Positions 1 to 9,196 of a DNA stretch of 64,000 bases are shown here, in pieces (the stretch's first letter is position 1; every line of letters begins with the position of its first letter). The stretch is from the NCBI GenBank assembly GCA_963667285.1, contig OY763326.1, forward strand, positions 879,068 to 943,067. Reading direction: 5' to 3'. A program made the translations under genes and the position numbers. The stretch is from Alphaproteobacteria bacterium. Lineage in GTDB: Bacteria; Pseudomonadota; Alphaproteobacteria; MPNO01. Below the pieces are notes generated by a model. It ran no database searches. It was given only the letters and a program-made list of their open reading frames with translations, and was not told the DNA's origin.

Positions 1-846
1 GGGCGCTACCGGGCGCTGTGCGAGCACTACGGCATGGAGGCTACCCGCAACAACCGCGGCGTGGCGCATGAGAACGGCTCGATCGAGGGGCCGCACGGCC
101 ACCTCAAGCGCCGCATCGCGGATGCCCTGGCGCTGCGCGGCTCGTCCGACTTCGAGGATCTCGACGCCTATCGGCGCTTTGTCGCCGACGTGGTCGGCCG
201 GGCCAACGCGCACCGTTCCAAGGCGATCGAGGCCGAGGGCGCGGTGCTGCAGGACCTGCCGGTCGGGCGGACCGTCGATTACCAGCCGATCAGCGTCAAT
301 ATCACCTCGTCGTCCGGCTTCACCCTGCGCCGCGTGTTCTACACCGTGCCCTCGCGCCTGATCGGGCACCGGCTCGGTGCGCGCGTCTACGACGACCGGA
401 TCGACCTCTTCCTCTCAGGCAGCCATCTGCTCACCCTGCCGCGCGGCCGCGCCGGCGCCAGCGGTCCGGGCGTCCACGTCGTCAACTACCGCCACGTCAT
501 CCATTCGCTGAAGAAGAAGCCGATGGCGCTCCTGAACCTGGTCTATCGCGACGAGCTGTTCCCGCGCGAGGCCTACCGGCGCTGCTTCGAGAAGGCCCTG
601 GAGCGGCTCACCGAACGCGAGGCCTGCCGGCTCGCCGTCGCCCTCCTGGCGCTCGCCCATGAGGAGAACTGCGAAGCCGAGCTGGCCGCCGAGATCGACC
701 GCGCGCTCAAGGCCGGCCGTCTCCCCGACCCCGGCGAGCTCAAGGCGCGCTTCGCGCCGCGGCGCGGCAAGATGCCCAGCGTCGACGTCACCAGGCCGCC
801 CCTCGTCGGCTATGGCGCATTGCTGAGCGCGGGAGAAGCGGCATGA
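1..846 (+). CDS. istA: IS21-family transposase IstA, C-terminal part (5' end lies outside the window)
   Basis: Frame is open from base 1. It ends at 846 and overlaps by 4 bp the start of a classic IstB gene. The gene order and ATGA overlap are typical of IS21 istA-istB. Confidence 0.75.
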   Translation, partial: GRYRALCEHYGMEATRNNRGVAHENGSIEGPHGHLKRRIADALALRGSSDFEDLDAYRRFVADVVGRANAHRSKAIEAEGAVLQDLPVGRTVDYQPISVNITSSSGFTLRRVFYTVPSRLIGHRLGARVYDDRIDLFLSGSHLLTLPRGRAGASGPGVHVVNYRHVIHSLKKKPMALLNLVYRDELFPREAYRRCFEKALERLTEREACRLAVALLALAHEENCEAELAAEIDRALKAGRLPDPGELKARFAPRRGKMPSVDVTRPPLVGYGALLSAGEAA

Positions 847-1682
847 CCGACAACCAGGACAAGATTGCGACCGACCCCAACAAGGTCGACGCCATGAAGC
901 TCTCCCTGATGCTCACCGAGCTCCGCCTGCCGACGATCGGCCAACTCTGGCAGAGCTTCGCCAAGCGGGCCGACAAGGAGGGATGGACCGCGGCCCGCTT
1001 CCTCGCAGCCCTGACCGAGCACGAGCTCGCCGAACGCGATCGGCGGCGGATCGAACGCCACCTCAGGGAGGCCAAGCTGCTGCCTGGCAAAACCCTCGAC
1101 TCCTTCGACTTCAACGTCGTGCCGATGATCTCCAGGGCCCAGGTCAACGCGCTGGCCGCCGGCGACGCGTGGCTCGACCAGGGCGCCAACTGCCTGATCT
1201 TCGGACCGCCAGGGGCCGGCAAGAGCCATCTCGCCTCCGCCATCGGCCTCGCCCTGGTCGAGAACGGATACCGCGTGCTGTTCACCAAAACCACCGATCT
1301 CGTGCAGCGCATGCAGGTCGCGCGCCGCGAGCTCGCCCTGGAAGCCCTGCTGGCCCGGCTCGACCGCTTCAACCTCCTGATCCTCGACGACCTCGCCTAT
1401 GTGCGGAAGGACCAGGCCGAGACCGGCGTGCTCTTCGAACTCATCTCGGCACGCTACGAGCGGCGATCCCTGCTGATCACCGCAAACCAGCCCTTCGGTG
1501 AGTGGAACAAGGTGTTCCCGGACGAAACAACCGCGGTGGCCGCCGTCGACCGCCTGGTCCACCACGCCACCATCCTCGAGATGAACGTCGAGAGCTATCG
1601 CCGCCGCGCCGCCCTCGACAGAGGCAAGCGAAAGGCCGGCCGGCCGGCAAGCTACGCCACCGGGAAAAACACCGGGGACTGA
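843..1682 (+). CDS. istB: IS21-family helper ATPase IstB
   Basis: Walker A GPPGAGKSHLA and Walker B LLILDDL. The C-terminal stretch ERRSLLITANQPFGEWNKVFPD...DRLVHHA is diagnostic of IstB. Confidence 0.9.
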   Translation: MTDNQDKIATDPNKVDAMKLSLMLTELRLPTIGQLWQSFAKRADKEGWTAARFLAALTEHELAERDRRRIERHLREAKLLPGKTLDSFDFNVVPMISRAQVNALAAGDAWLDQGANCLIFGPPGAGKSHLASAIGLALVENGYRVLFTKTTDLVQRMQVARRELALEALLARLDRFNLLILDDLAYVRKDQAETGVLFELISARYERRSLLITANQPFGEWNKVFPDETTAVAAVDRLVHHATILEMNVESYRRRAALDRGKRKAGRPASYATGKNTGD

Positions 1683-1780
1683 GCTGCCGGCGCCGGATCG
1701 GCAGAGCGCCACGAAACTCACGGCCCGCGGGGATCGCCTCCGCGGGCCGCTTCTTCTCCGACCGACCAACACCGTCCCTC

Positions 1781-1894
1781 CGCGACAATCAAAAACCCCC
1801 TTGCAATCGCCGCCGCGACAGGGAATCATCCTCTCGCCGCTGCCGCCGGGAATCTCATCCTGATTGACGCGCGGCTCTCACCCAGATTGTCGCG
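1781..1894. repeat. Perfect 10-bp inverted repeat pair (cgcgacaatc at 1781-1790, gattgtcgcg at 1885-1894) in the IS tail
   Basis: Read directly from the sequence. The two arms are exact reverse complements about 95 bp apart. They may be IS21 subterminal IstA-binding repeats or mark the terminal IR. Confidence 0.4.
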
Positions 1895-2152
1895 CTATAG
1901 GTGGCTGAACTCGCCGCGCGGATACTTCACCGGCGGCAGGTTGTCGGGCATCGCATCGACGGCGTCATAGGCGTCGAGCGTGCCCTGCATCACGTCGAGG
2001 AAGTCCTGGATACGGTCGTCGGCCATGGTCATGCTCAGATCTGCGACGACTTCCTTGAGCTCGGCGTGTGTCGGTCTCCGTGCTGTCATGTCCGCAACCC
2101 TCCCTTCGAGAACAGAGCCGCCTATCCGGCCAGATTTTCGGTCCGAAGGCAA
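1895..2152 (-). CDS. Small hypothetical protein, GatC/amidase-associated-subunit-like (speculative)
   Basis: 85-aa ORF with an acidic helical pattern, LKEVVADLSMTMADDRIQDFLDVMQGTLDAYDAVDAMPD, reminiscent of GatC-like small subunits. Its 3' end abuts the IS end. Confidence 0.25.
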   Translation of the reverse strand: MPSDRKSGRIGGSVLEGRVADMTARRPTHAELKEVVADLSMTMADDRIQDFLDVMQGTLDAYDAVDAMPDNLPPVKYPRGEFSHL

Positions 2153-2297
2153 ATCGCCACCCGCCGGGCCGGCCCCGGCTTCGGTGGTTGCCCGATCCCC
2201 CGGCCGAAGCGTAGCCCCGCTTCGCGGGCATGGTGTGGGCGCGGGGCGGTTGGCATAGCGGCCGGGCGCGGCGGAAGGTCCGATCCGGCATTCGCCG

Positions 2298-2900
2298 TCA
2301 TTCGATATTCGCCGTTTCTTCGGGCGTCTTGGCGAACCGCATATCCATCAGCCCCGACGGCGTGCGCGCAATGATGACCTTGGCCGGCGACCCGCCGGAA
2401 TTCCGGATCACATGGGCGATCCGGCTGTCCCAGTGAATGCTGTCGCCGGCGGACAACGAATAGGTCTCGTCGCCGTACAAGACCTCGATTTGACCTTCAA
2501 GCACGTGACAGGCCTCCTCGCCCTCGTGCGTGTGGGCCTTGTCCATGGCGGTGGATTGCGCCGGAATCTCGACGATGACCAATTCCAGCTGCCGGCCAGG
2601 GGCGGACATGAACTGGATGACCCGACGATCGTCCTTCGACGCGCTTGGCTCGCCGAAATGAACATGCGGGCGGTCCGCCGCGCGGATAACGGTGCATCCG
2701 GCGTTGTCGTCGACGAACAGCGAGGAGACCGATAGCCCGAGCGTCGCCGCCAGCTTCTGCAGGGTCTGGATCGACGGCGAGGCCTTGCCGGTTTCGACCT
2801 GGCTGATATAGGCGCGCGACAGGCCGCTTCTGCTCGCGACATCGTCGATCACCAGCTCGCGCCGCAATCGGGCCTCGCGCAGCCGTCTACCGAAATTCAA
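2298..2900 (-). CDS. XRE-family HTH transcriptional regulator with C-terminal cupin domain
   Basis: N-terminal HTH LREARLRRELVIDDVASRSGLSRAYISQVETGKASPSIQTLQKLAATLG. The C-terminus is a cupin-type sensor. It is transcribed divergently from a TRAP operon. The start is uncertain: an alternative ATG lies at 2960. Confidence 0.7.
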   Translation of the reverse strand: MNFGRRLREARLRRELVIDDVASRSGLSRAYISQVETGKASPSIQTLQKLAATLGLSVSSLFVDDNAGCTVIRAADRPHVHFGEPSASKDDRRVIQFMSAPGRQLELVIVEIPAQSTAMDKAHTHEGEEACHVLEGQIEVLYGDETYSLSAGDSIHWDSRIAHVIRNSGGSPAKVIIARTPSGLMDMRFAKTPEETANIE

Positions 2901-3038
2901 GCTGTCCCTCCCTTGCGATCTTGCGCCAGACTGGCCCGAACATTTGGAAATATCAAACAAAATTCATTGACATCATATTTGGTGCTGTCTAGCGTCAAAT
3001 CGGAGATGCGAAACGGCAATCCGACGGGAGGTCGGCCC
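2901..3038. promoter_or_regulatory. AT-rich divergent intergenic region with a consensus TTGACA (2967-2972) and the SD GGGAGG ahead of dctP
   Basis: The local AT-rich island catttggaaatatcaaacaaaattcattgacatcatatttgg stands out in a very GC-rich background. It lies between the divergent regulator and dctP. Confidence 0.3.
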
Positions 3039-4037
3039 ATGAAAAGATACGCGTCACTTTCCATAGCCCTGATTGCGGGAATACTCGTTGCGTCAGGCCC
3101 CGGGCGGGCGGCCGACTACACCATGAAGATCGGCATGGTGACGGGCAACGATCAGCAGCACATCTACGCCCAGCGCTACGAGAAGGAACTCGAAAAGGTG
3201 ACGGGCGGCCGGATCGACGTCAAGGTGTTTCCACGCGGCCAGCTGGGCACGCCTGCGCGCCACATCGAAGGCCTCCAGGTGGGCACCGTCGAAGCCTTCA
3301 TCACGCCGTTCGATTTCTTCATCGGCGTCGATGCGCGTTACGGCGTGTTCAGCATCCCGGGCATGTTCAAGGACAAGCAGCACGCCTCGCGAACCATGCG
3401 CGACCCGGCGCTCAACAAGGAAATACTGTCGATCGCCGCGAACAAGGGCATCATCGGCATCACGGCGTTCCCGCACTCGGTGGCGCATTATTTCGGCAAG
3501 ACGCCGATCCTCTCGCTCGACGACTTCAAGGGCAAGAAGTTTCGCGTGAACGCAACGCCGGCGGAGCGCGAGCGGATGAACCGGTTCGGCGCCTCGGCGG
3601 TTCCGATGCCCCTCGGCGAGGTCGTGCCCTCGCTCCAGCGCGGCGTCATCGATGGCACCATGAGCGGGATCGCGATCTACGTGTTCCGCAAGTTCATCGA
3701 CCTGGGCAATGTGGTGACCGTGACCAACGATACGCTGATCATCAGCCAGGTGGCGGTGAGCAAGGCGTGGCTGTCGAGTCTGCCGGCCGATTTGCAAAAG
3801 GCCGTCGTCGACACCGGTCTCGGACTGCAGGACTGGATCAACGAGCATTCGGATGTGATGGAGGCCGGGCTGACCGAGAAGTGGCTTTCCATGGGCGGCA
3901 AGTTGCACAAGTTCAGTGCGTCGGACCAGGCCGAGCTCGAGAAGCGGCTCGCATCGGTGGGTGCCGATGTCACCAAGTCCGATCCGGCGGTCAGCGCGTT
4001 CTTCGAGAGGGTCAAGCAGGTCGGCGAGAAGTACTGA
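3039..4037 (+). CDS. dctP: TRAP transporter substrate-binding protein (DctP family)
   Basis: Signal peptide MKRYASLSIALIAGILVASGPGRA. DctP-like body. GGGAGG SD 8 nt upstream. Followed by dctQ and dctM. Confidence 0.85.
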   Translation: MKRYASLSIALIAGILVASGPGRAADYTMKIGMVTGNDQQHIYAQRYEKELEKVTGGRIDVKVFPRGQLGTPARHIEGLQVGTVEAFITPFDFFIGVDARYGVFSIPGMFKDKQHASRTMRDPALNKEILSIAANKGIIGITAFPHSVAHYFGKTPILSLDDFKGKKFRVNATPAERERMNRFGASAVPMPLGEVVPSLQRGVIDGTMSGIAIYVFRKFIDLGNVVTVTNDTLIISQVAVSKAWLSSLPADLQKAVVDTGLGLQDWINEHSDVMEAGLTEKWLSMGGKLHKFSASDQAELEKRLASVGADVTKSDPAVSAFFERVKQVGEKY

Positions 4038-4044
4038 GGAACGA

Positions 4045-4060
4045 CGGGTCCGCCGACCCG
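4045..4060 (+). terminator. GC-rich stem-loop (cgggtc-cgcc-gacccg) immediately after dctP, in the intercistronic region
   Basis: Perfect 6-bp stem with a 4-nt loop, read from the sequence. A second 8-bp stem (gcgagacc / ggtctcgc) lies at 4076-4106. The dctP-dctQ gap is unusually long (about 250 bp). Confidence 0.3.
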
Positions 4061-4283
4061 GGACGGCACGCGCGTGCGAGACCGGCCGCGTCGGCGCGGG
4101 TCTCGCCGGCGTGCCCGACCGGCGTGAAGAGCGCGGGCGTGGGGGCGCCCCGGGGGCGCCGCCTGCGGCGCGACGCGATTCCCATGTCCGCCACGCCGAT
4201 GCGGATTCGGGAGGCGATCCGGTGCGGAGGTCCCTGATTTCGTGTAGCTTCGCCGAGCCTGCCCACCGGTCGAGCGCTCCGGG

Positions 4284-4790
4284 ATGAACGCTGAAGGGCC
4301 CGAACGACACGTTGCCCGCGATGTGTTGAACGTCGCGCTCGACAAGCTGCCCATGACCGTCATCGGCATCCTGACCCTCGCCGGTCTCGCCATCAACTTC
4401 GCCAACGTCATCGCCCGGTATGTGTTCGGGTTCGCGTTTTTCTGGGCCGAGGAAATTCTCGTCTTCATCGTCGTCTGGAGCGTGTTCGTCGGCGCGATCG
4501 CCATCACCTACAGGGGCGGGCACCTGAAGATGAACCTGTTTTCGGACAATTTCACCGGGCCGTTGCGCGGGATCGTGAACGGGCTCGTCGTCCTCGGCTT
4601 CCTGTTCTCCGGTATCTTCGCCGTGATCCATTCATACCGGTTCGTCGCCATCATGGCGCGAAACGCGACCGTGAGCGTAACGGCCGAGATCCCGATGACG
4701 GTGCCGCACTCGGCCATCATGATCGGATTCGCGTTCATCGTGCTCGCGGTCATCGTCCGCATCCGGGCCTATCTTCGGGGCGACTTTTAG
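4284..4790 (+). CDS. dctQ: TRAP transporter small permease (DctQ family)
   Basis: Four-TM small protein of typical DctQ length and hydrophobic pattern. Sits between dctP and dctM. The true start may be an internal Met near 4353. Confidence 0.8.
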   Translation: MNAEGPERHVARDVLNVALDKLPMTVIGILTLAGLAINFANVIARYVFGFAFFWAEEILVFIVVWSVFVGAIAITYRGGHLKMNLFSDNFTGPLRGIVNGLVVLGFLFSGIFAVIHSYRFVAIMARNATVSVTAEIPMTVPHSAIMIGFAFIVLAVIVRIRAYLRGDF

Positions 4791-4831
4791 CCATGGCCGG
4801 TCGCTCCGGCGGGCGCGGGGGAGGCCGGTAA

Positions 4832-6103
4832 ATGGAGATCGTGATGGTGGGCATGCCCGTCGTCCTGCTCTTCCTGGGCTTTCCCATCTTCATCGTCCTG
4901 CTTGCAACCTCGGCCGTCGTCCTCCTGTTCTTCGCCAGCGTGCCGCCCATGGCGGCGCACCAGGTCATGTTCGGAAGTCTCGACAAGTTCGCGCTTCTGG
5001 CCGTCCCGTTTTTCATATTCACGGGCGAGCTGATGGCGCGGGGCGGCGTCTCCCGGCGGCTCATAGCCTGGGTCACCTCGATCGTCGGCGGCATCCGGGG
5101 CAGCCTGCCGATGACGGCGCTCGGCACGGCGACCATCTTCGGCGCCATCTCGGGAACGACCACGGCCACCGTCGCCGCCATCGGGGCGACCATCTATCAA
5201 CCGCTTCGCGACGCCGGCTATTCGGAGAAGTTCGCGTCCGGCATGCTCACCTCGGCGGGCGCCATCTCCAATATCATCCCGCCCTCCATCGCGATGATCC
5301 TCTACGGCATCGCGTCCGACGTATCCGTCATCCAGTTGTTCGCGGCCGGCATCGTCCCGGGGCTGCTCATGGCCGGCATGTTCGCCGCCTACATCTACTG
5401 GGTGGCCCGCAAGGAGGGCGTGCACGAAAGCGACCGGTTCAGCTGGCGGGGATTCGTCCTGGCGACCTGGCAGGGCGCCTGGGCGCTGGGCGCCCCGGTG
5501 ATCATCCTCGGCGGTATCTACAGCGGCGTCTTCTCGCCCACCGAGGCGGCGGGCGTCGCCGGGGTCTACGCCCTGGTCGTCACGCTTCTCATCTATCGGG
5601 AGGTGACGCTCCGCGAAGTGTTCGAGATCGCGTCCCGCTCGATGTACCTGACCGCCCAGATCTTCATCATCGTGGCGGTCGCGGGTGTCTATTCCTGGTT
5701 GCTGACCATCAGCGGCGGCGCGGCAGCCGCCACCGCGTTCATCGGCGATCTCGATATGCCGCCCTGGGCGGTGCTGTTGGTGATCAACATCTTCCTGCTG
5801 CTCGTGGGGACGGTTCTCGACACCGCGTCGGCGATTCTGGTCTTGACCCCGCTGCTTGCCGTCATCGCCAAGACCCTCGGGGTCGATCTGGTCCATTTCG
5901 GCATCATCGTCGTGGTCAATCTCACCATCGGCACCTTTACGCCGCCTTTCGGGCTCAACATTTTCGTCGGCCAAGCTGTGTTCAAGGTGCCGCTGGCCAA
6001 GCTCTATCCCGGACTCATGCCGTTCATCGTGCTCGCCATCGCGGCGCTGATGGTGATTACCTACGTGCCGTCGCTGTCGCTTTGGATCTTGAAGTTCATC
6101 TGA
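4832..6103 (+). CDS. dctM: TRAP transporter large permease (DctM family)
   Basis: 423-aa polytopic membrane protein with DctM-type motifs (GIYSGVFSPTEAAGV, TPPFGLNIFV). Confidence 0.9.
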   Translation: MEIVMVGMPVVLLFLGFPIFIVLLATSAVVLLFFASVPPMAAHQVMFGSLDKFALLAVPFFIFTGELMARGGVSRRLIAWVTSIVGGIRGSLPMTALGTATIFGAISGTTTATVAAIGATIYQPLRDAGYSEKFASGMLTSAGAISNIIPPSIAMILYGIASDVSVIQLFAAGIVPGLLMAGMFAAYIYWVARKEGVHESDRFSWRGFVLATWQGAWALGAPVIILGGIYSGVFSPTEAAGVAGVYALVVTLLIYREVTLREVFEIASRSMYLTAQIFIIVAVAGVYSWLLTISGGAAAATAFIGDLDMPPWAVLLVINIFLLLVGTVLDTASAILVLTPLLAVIAKTLGVDLVHFGIIVVVNLTIGTFTPPFGLNIFVGQAVFKVPLAKLYPGLMPFIVLAIAALMVITYVPSLSLWILKFI

Positions 6104-6430
6104 GGGAGGCCGGGAATTTGCTCCGCCGGCCAGCCGGACTGGCCGGCAACCCGTCAATGCAATAGCCTTCCCACCGGACCGGTCGCAGGAGGGCGGGTCG
6201 AGGCGGCATCCCATGCCCGCCATTCGCAGCCTCGCCATGGCGCTCGGCATTTTCCTGATGCTGGCGGCGCGTGCTGTGCACTCCCGGGCGGCGATCGCCG
6301 ACCGCGCCGTCGCCCGGGCCGACGATGCCTTCGAGCCCGATGACCGGTTCTTCGAAATCCGGAAGGGACGGCATGGACCGGGGAACCGCGACCCTCGCCG
6401 GAAGCTCATCCGCGCGGAAAGCATGTTCGG

Positions 6431-7579
6431 CTATCGGCACAGGGCGTTTCCGGTTTTCTGTACGGATTGGCGGCGCGGTTCCTTTTCCGTCAGCGTTTCG
6501 AGAAAGGCGACGAGATCGGCCCGTTGGCGCGCGCTCAGGTCCAGGCGGCGCAGAATCCGTTCGCCCGCGGCGTGCAGCCGTTCCTCGTCGATCGTCGAAT
6601 AGTGGCGGGCGACGTCGGCGAGCGTCTCGTGGCTGCCGGCATGCATGTAGGGCGCGGTGAGCGCCGCGTTGCGCAGGCCCGGCACCCGGAACTCGCCGAA
6701 ATTGCTCTGGCGCAGGCGGACATAGCGGGTCTTGGCGGCGGTGGAGCGCCGCGCATCGTCGTTGAAGCGGCCCAGCAGGGTGTAGGGGCTCCGGCGCAGC
6801 TTGCGGATGCCGCCGTGCCGGCCGGGATCGACCCGACCGGGCTCGACGAAATGCGGCACGCCGGCATCGGCGAACTCGCCGTTGGTGAAGGCCGGGCCGA
6901 AATGGCAGAAAGCGCAGTTGCCCCGGCCGACGAACAGGCGCAGGCCGCGCTTGGCGGCGGCGGGATAGCGGGCCCGGCCGGCCGCATCGCCGCGCGCGAG
7001 CGCGTCGCGGAAATCGTCGAACGGCGCGCGGCCGGTGACCCGGGTTTCCAGGAACGCCGCCAGCGCTTTGCCGAGATCGACGAATATCCGCGCGTCGTCC
7101 GCGCCGGGCGCCGCGCCGAAGGCGCGCCGGTATCCGCAGGAAAGCCGCCGGTCGGAGCGGACCAGCCGCGCCGCCCCGCCGGTGCCGACACCCATTTCGC
7201 GCGCATCGAGCAGGGGCCGCAGGTTTTGCGCCCACAGCGAGTCCTGCGCGCCGTCCCAGCCGAACCAGCGGTTGAACCCGAGGTTGAACAGGCCGGGCGC
7301 GTTGCGGTCGACGATCCGCTGCCCGCGGCTGCGCGGCAGGCCGTCGGTCCAGGCCCGGTCCGGCCTGTGGCAGGTCGCGCAGGAGACCGCGCCCGAGGTC
7401 GACAGGCGCGGTTCGAAAAACAGCGCCCGGCCGAAGGCGATGGCGGCGGGCTTGCCGGAAACCCGGTTGCTCGGATCGGGCAGCAAAGCCGGCGGCCACG
7501 GCCCGTGGCGCAGGATCCGGCGCTCTTCCTCGGCCGTGAAGTCGAGCGCCGGCGCCGGCGCGGCGACGCCGGAAAGCAT
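6431..7579 (-). CDS. Di-heme cytochrome c peroxidase / MauG-family protein
   Basis: Two CxxCH heme-binding motifs (CATCH, CAFCH). Size about 380 aa and architecture are typical of bacterial CCP/MauG. N-terminal signal-like segment. The start was chosen at an in-frame ATG; the ORF extends further upstream. Confidence 0.8.
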   Translation of the reverse strand: MLSGVAAPAPALDFTAEEERRILRHGPWPPALLPDPSNRVSGKPAAIAFGRALFFEPRLSTSGAVSCATCHRPDRAWTDGLPRSRGQRIVDRNAPGLFNLGFNRWFGWDGAQDSLWAQNLRPLLDAREMGVGTGGAARLVRSDRRLSCGYRRAFGAAPGADDARIFVDLGKALAAFLETRVTGRAPFDDFRDALARGDAAGRARYPAAAKRGLRLFVGRGNCAFCHFGPAFTNGEFADAGVPHFVEPGRVDPGRHGGIRKLRRSPYTLLGRFNDDARRSTAAKTRYVRLRQSNFGEFRVPGLRNAALTAPYMHAGSHETLADVARHYSTIDEERLHAAGERILRRLDLSARQRADLVAFLETLTEKEPRRQSVQKTGNALCR

Positions 7580-7641
7580 GCAGATTGCGATCGCAAGCTC
7601 CGGCAGCCGGGCGGCGACGGAGGCGCCTGGGCGCCGGGGCG

Positions 7642-8052
7642 TCACTCCGGCACCGTCTCGGCGGTCAGCTTGTCGCGGCCCGCCGCGCCGCGGACATCCA
7701 GAATCAGCTGCCAGCGCCCCGGCATGTGGAACATCAGGCCCTCGGCCTTTCCGGACGGGCCGTCCAGGGTCACCGCGGGCCGGTAGTTCATGCCGTGCCT
7801 GTGGTCCGGCATCCAGCCGCGCACCCCGACCCGGCCGACCGGCGGCCCGCAGAGATGGAAACGGATGGAGAAATGCGCGCCGACCGGGATTGGGGCGGGT
7901 TCCGATCGCCACCATGCGGTCCACGTCTCGCCGGCGATGCTCGCGCCGCCGGTCCAGCCCTCCGGACGGGGGCAGGCCGCCGCCTGGCCGGCCGCGAGCA
8001 CGAGCGCAAGCGCGGCCGCCAGCACCGGTCCGCCGAGGCGCCACCGGGCCAT
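7642..8052 (-). CDS. Small secreted His/Met/Trp-rich protein (possible metal, e.g. copper, chaperone)
   Basis: 136 aa. Signal peptide MARWRLGGPVLAAALALVLAAGQAAA. Mature part with WTAWW, HRHGM and MFHMPG motifs. Sandwiched between the Tat-amidohydrolase and the di-heme CCP. Only the 3' third of the 486-aa track ORF is plausible. Confidence 0.5.
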   Translation of the reverse strand: MARWRLGGPVLAAALALVLAAGQAAACPRPEGWTGGASIAGETWTAWWRSEPAPIPVGAHFSIRFHLCGPPVGRVGVRGWMPDHRHGMNYRPAVTLDGPSGKAEGLMFHMPGRWQLILDVRGAAGRDKLTAETVPE

Positions 8053-8057
8053 CGCGC

Positions 8058-8897
8058 CTAGCGCAGCTGCGCCAGATGCGGCCGGATCATCGCCTCGCCG
8101 TTGCGCCAGGCGATCTTTTCGGCGAGGCCGCGCGGCAGGTCGGTCAGCCATTGCCGGGTCCAGTCGGCGTGCTCGGCGACATAGTGCCAGCGTTCCGGCG
8201 TGAAGGTGTCGGTGCCGACCATGACGCGGTCGGGGAAGGCGGCGAACAGGCCGCGCCAGTCGTCGTCGACCCGGCCGCCATGGGCGTGTTCGCTGCGGAA
8301 GGCCAAATCGGTCCACAGATTCGCGTGCTTCCCGAGCATCGGGCCGACGATGTCCGGATCGACGAAGCCGGCATGGGCCCAGAGCACCCGCGCTTCCGGC
8401 CATTGGGCGAAGATGTCGTCGACCGCGCCGGCGTCCGAATGGGCGTGCAGGAGAAGATTGTGCCGCCGCGCGAGCTCGATCATGCGCCGCGGCACCGCCT
8501 TGTCGGTCTGCGCGGCGTAGAGGTGGAACTCGCCGACCGCGACCCACCTGAAACGCATCAGACGGTCCTCGAGAAAGTCGACCACCGACGGATCGTCGAC
8601 CCAGCTGTTGATCTCGCCGCGCCGGCGGTAGGGGCGCAGGCTGGGCAGGACAAGGCCCGGCGCCGCGGCGTGGAGCGCCCTTGTGCCGGCGTCGCCCGAG
8701 CTCGACACCAGCGCCCGCTTCAGCCCCGCCTTCCGCAGAATGGCGACGGCTTCGCTCGCGGAAAGGCGCTCTGCGGCGTCGTGGCTGAAATGGATATGGG
8801 CGTCGAAGATCGGCATCGGCGCGCCGGCGGCGCGGGCCGCCCCGGGCAGCAGCGCCGCGGCGGTCGAGGTCGCGAGAAAGCGACGGCGCGAAATCAT
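8058..8897 (-). CDS. Tat-exported amidohydrolase-2 family (TIM-barrel metal-dependent hydrolase)
   Basis: Twin-arginine signal MISRRRFLATSTAAALLPGAARAAG. IFDAHIHFSHD metal-binding start typical of the amidohydrolase_2 / ACMSD-like fold. Confidence 0.7.
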   Translation of the reverse strand: MISRRRFLATSTAAALLPGAARAAGAPMPIFDAHIHFSHDAAERLSASEAVAILRKAGLKRALVSSSGDAGTRALHAAAPGLVLPSLRPYRRRGEINSWVDDPSVVDFLEDRLMRFRWVAVGEFHLYAAQTDKAVPRRMIELARRHNLLLHAHSDAGAVDDIFAQWPEARVLWAHAGFVDPDIVGPMLGKHANLWTDLAFRSEHAHGGRVDDDWRGLFAAFPDRVMVGTDTFTPERWHYVAEHADWTRQWLTDLPRGLAEKIAWRNGEAMIRPHLAQLR

Positions 8898-9196
8898 GGC
8901 GTCCAGCCCCCCTTGAGCGGTCCGGATCGAATGTCGGTCGGGCGCTGTCCGGACATGCCCCCGATGCTGGACCACCGGTTCCGGGAAAATCCCGCTCATC
9001 CGCCTCGGGACCGGCATTCCGGCCGATCGAGCCGTGCGGACGAACCTCGTCGCAATCCGTTCGCCGCGCCTCACACCTGGATCGTGCATCCTCCGGGCCC
9101 AAAAGCCAAGAGGCGTTAAGACATTCGGCCGCAGCCGTTCAGCTTTCCAGTGTCAGGACAGGAGCCCGCCCGCGCCGATATGCTAGGCTCCGCCTC

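Larger units (their letters stand above)
1..1895 (+). mobile_element. IS21-family insertion sequence, right-hand portion (left end outside the window)
   Basis: istA-istB pair. About 200 bp of non-coding tail follows istB and contains a 10-bp inverted-repeat pair. The coding context changes abruptly after about 1895. Confidence 0.65.

Noticed and set aside
3093-6424. Long minus-strand ORFs (3093-4631, 3677-4507, 4787-6424) antisense to the first dctPQM operon
   Set aside because: They fully overlap well-supported TRAP genes on the opposite strand. Their translations are Arg/Gly/Ala/Pro-rich low-complexity, which is typical of antisense frames in GC-rich DNA.
6096-9119. Large overlapping ORFs around the CCP region (6096-7499 -, 6467-7786 +, 7035-9119 +, 7642-9102 - N-terminal 350 codons)
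   Set aside because: They have no recognisable domains and a repetitive R/A/G/P composition. Only the frames carrying the CxxCH pair, the signal-peptide small protein and the Tat-amidohydrolase have coherent features.
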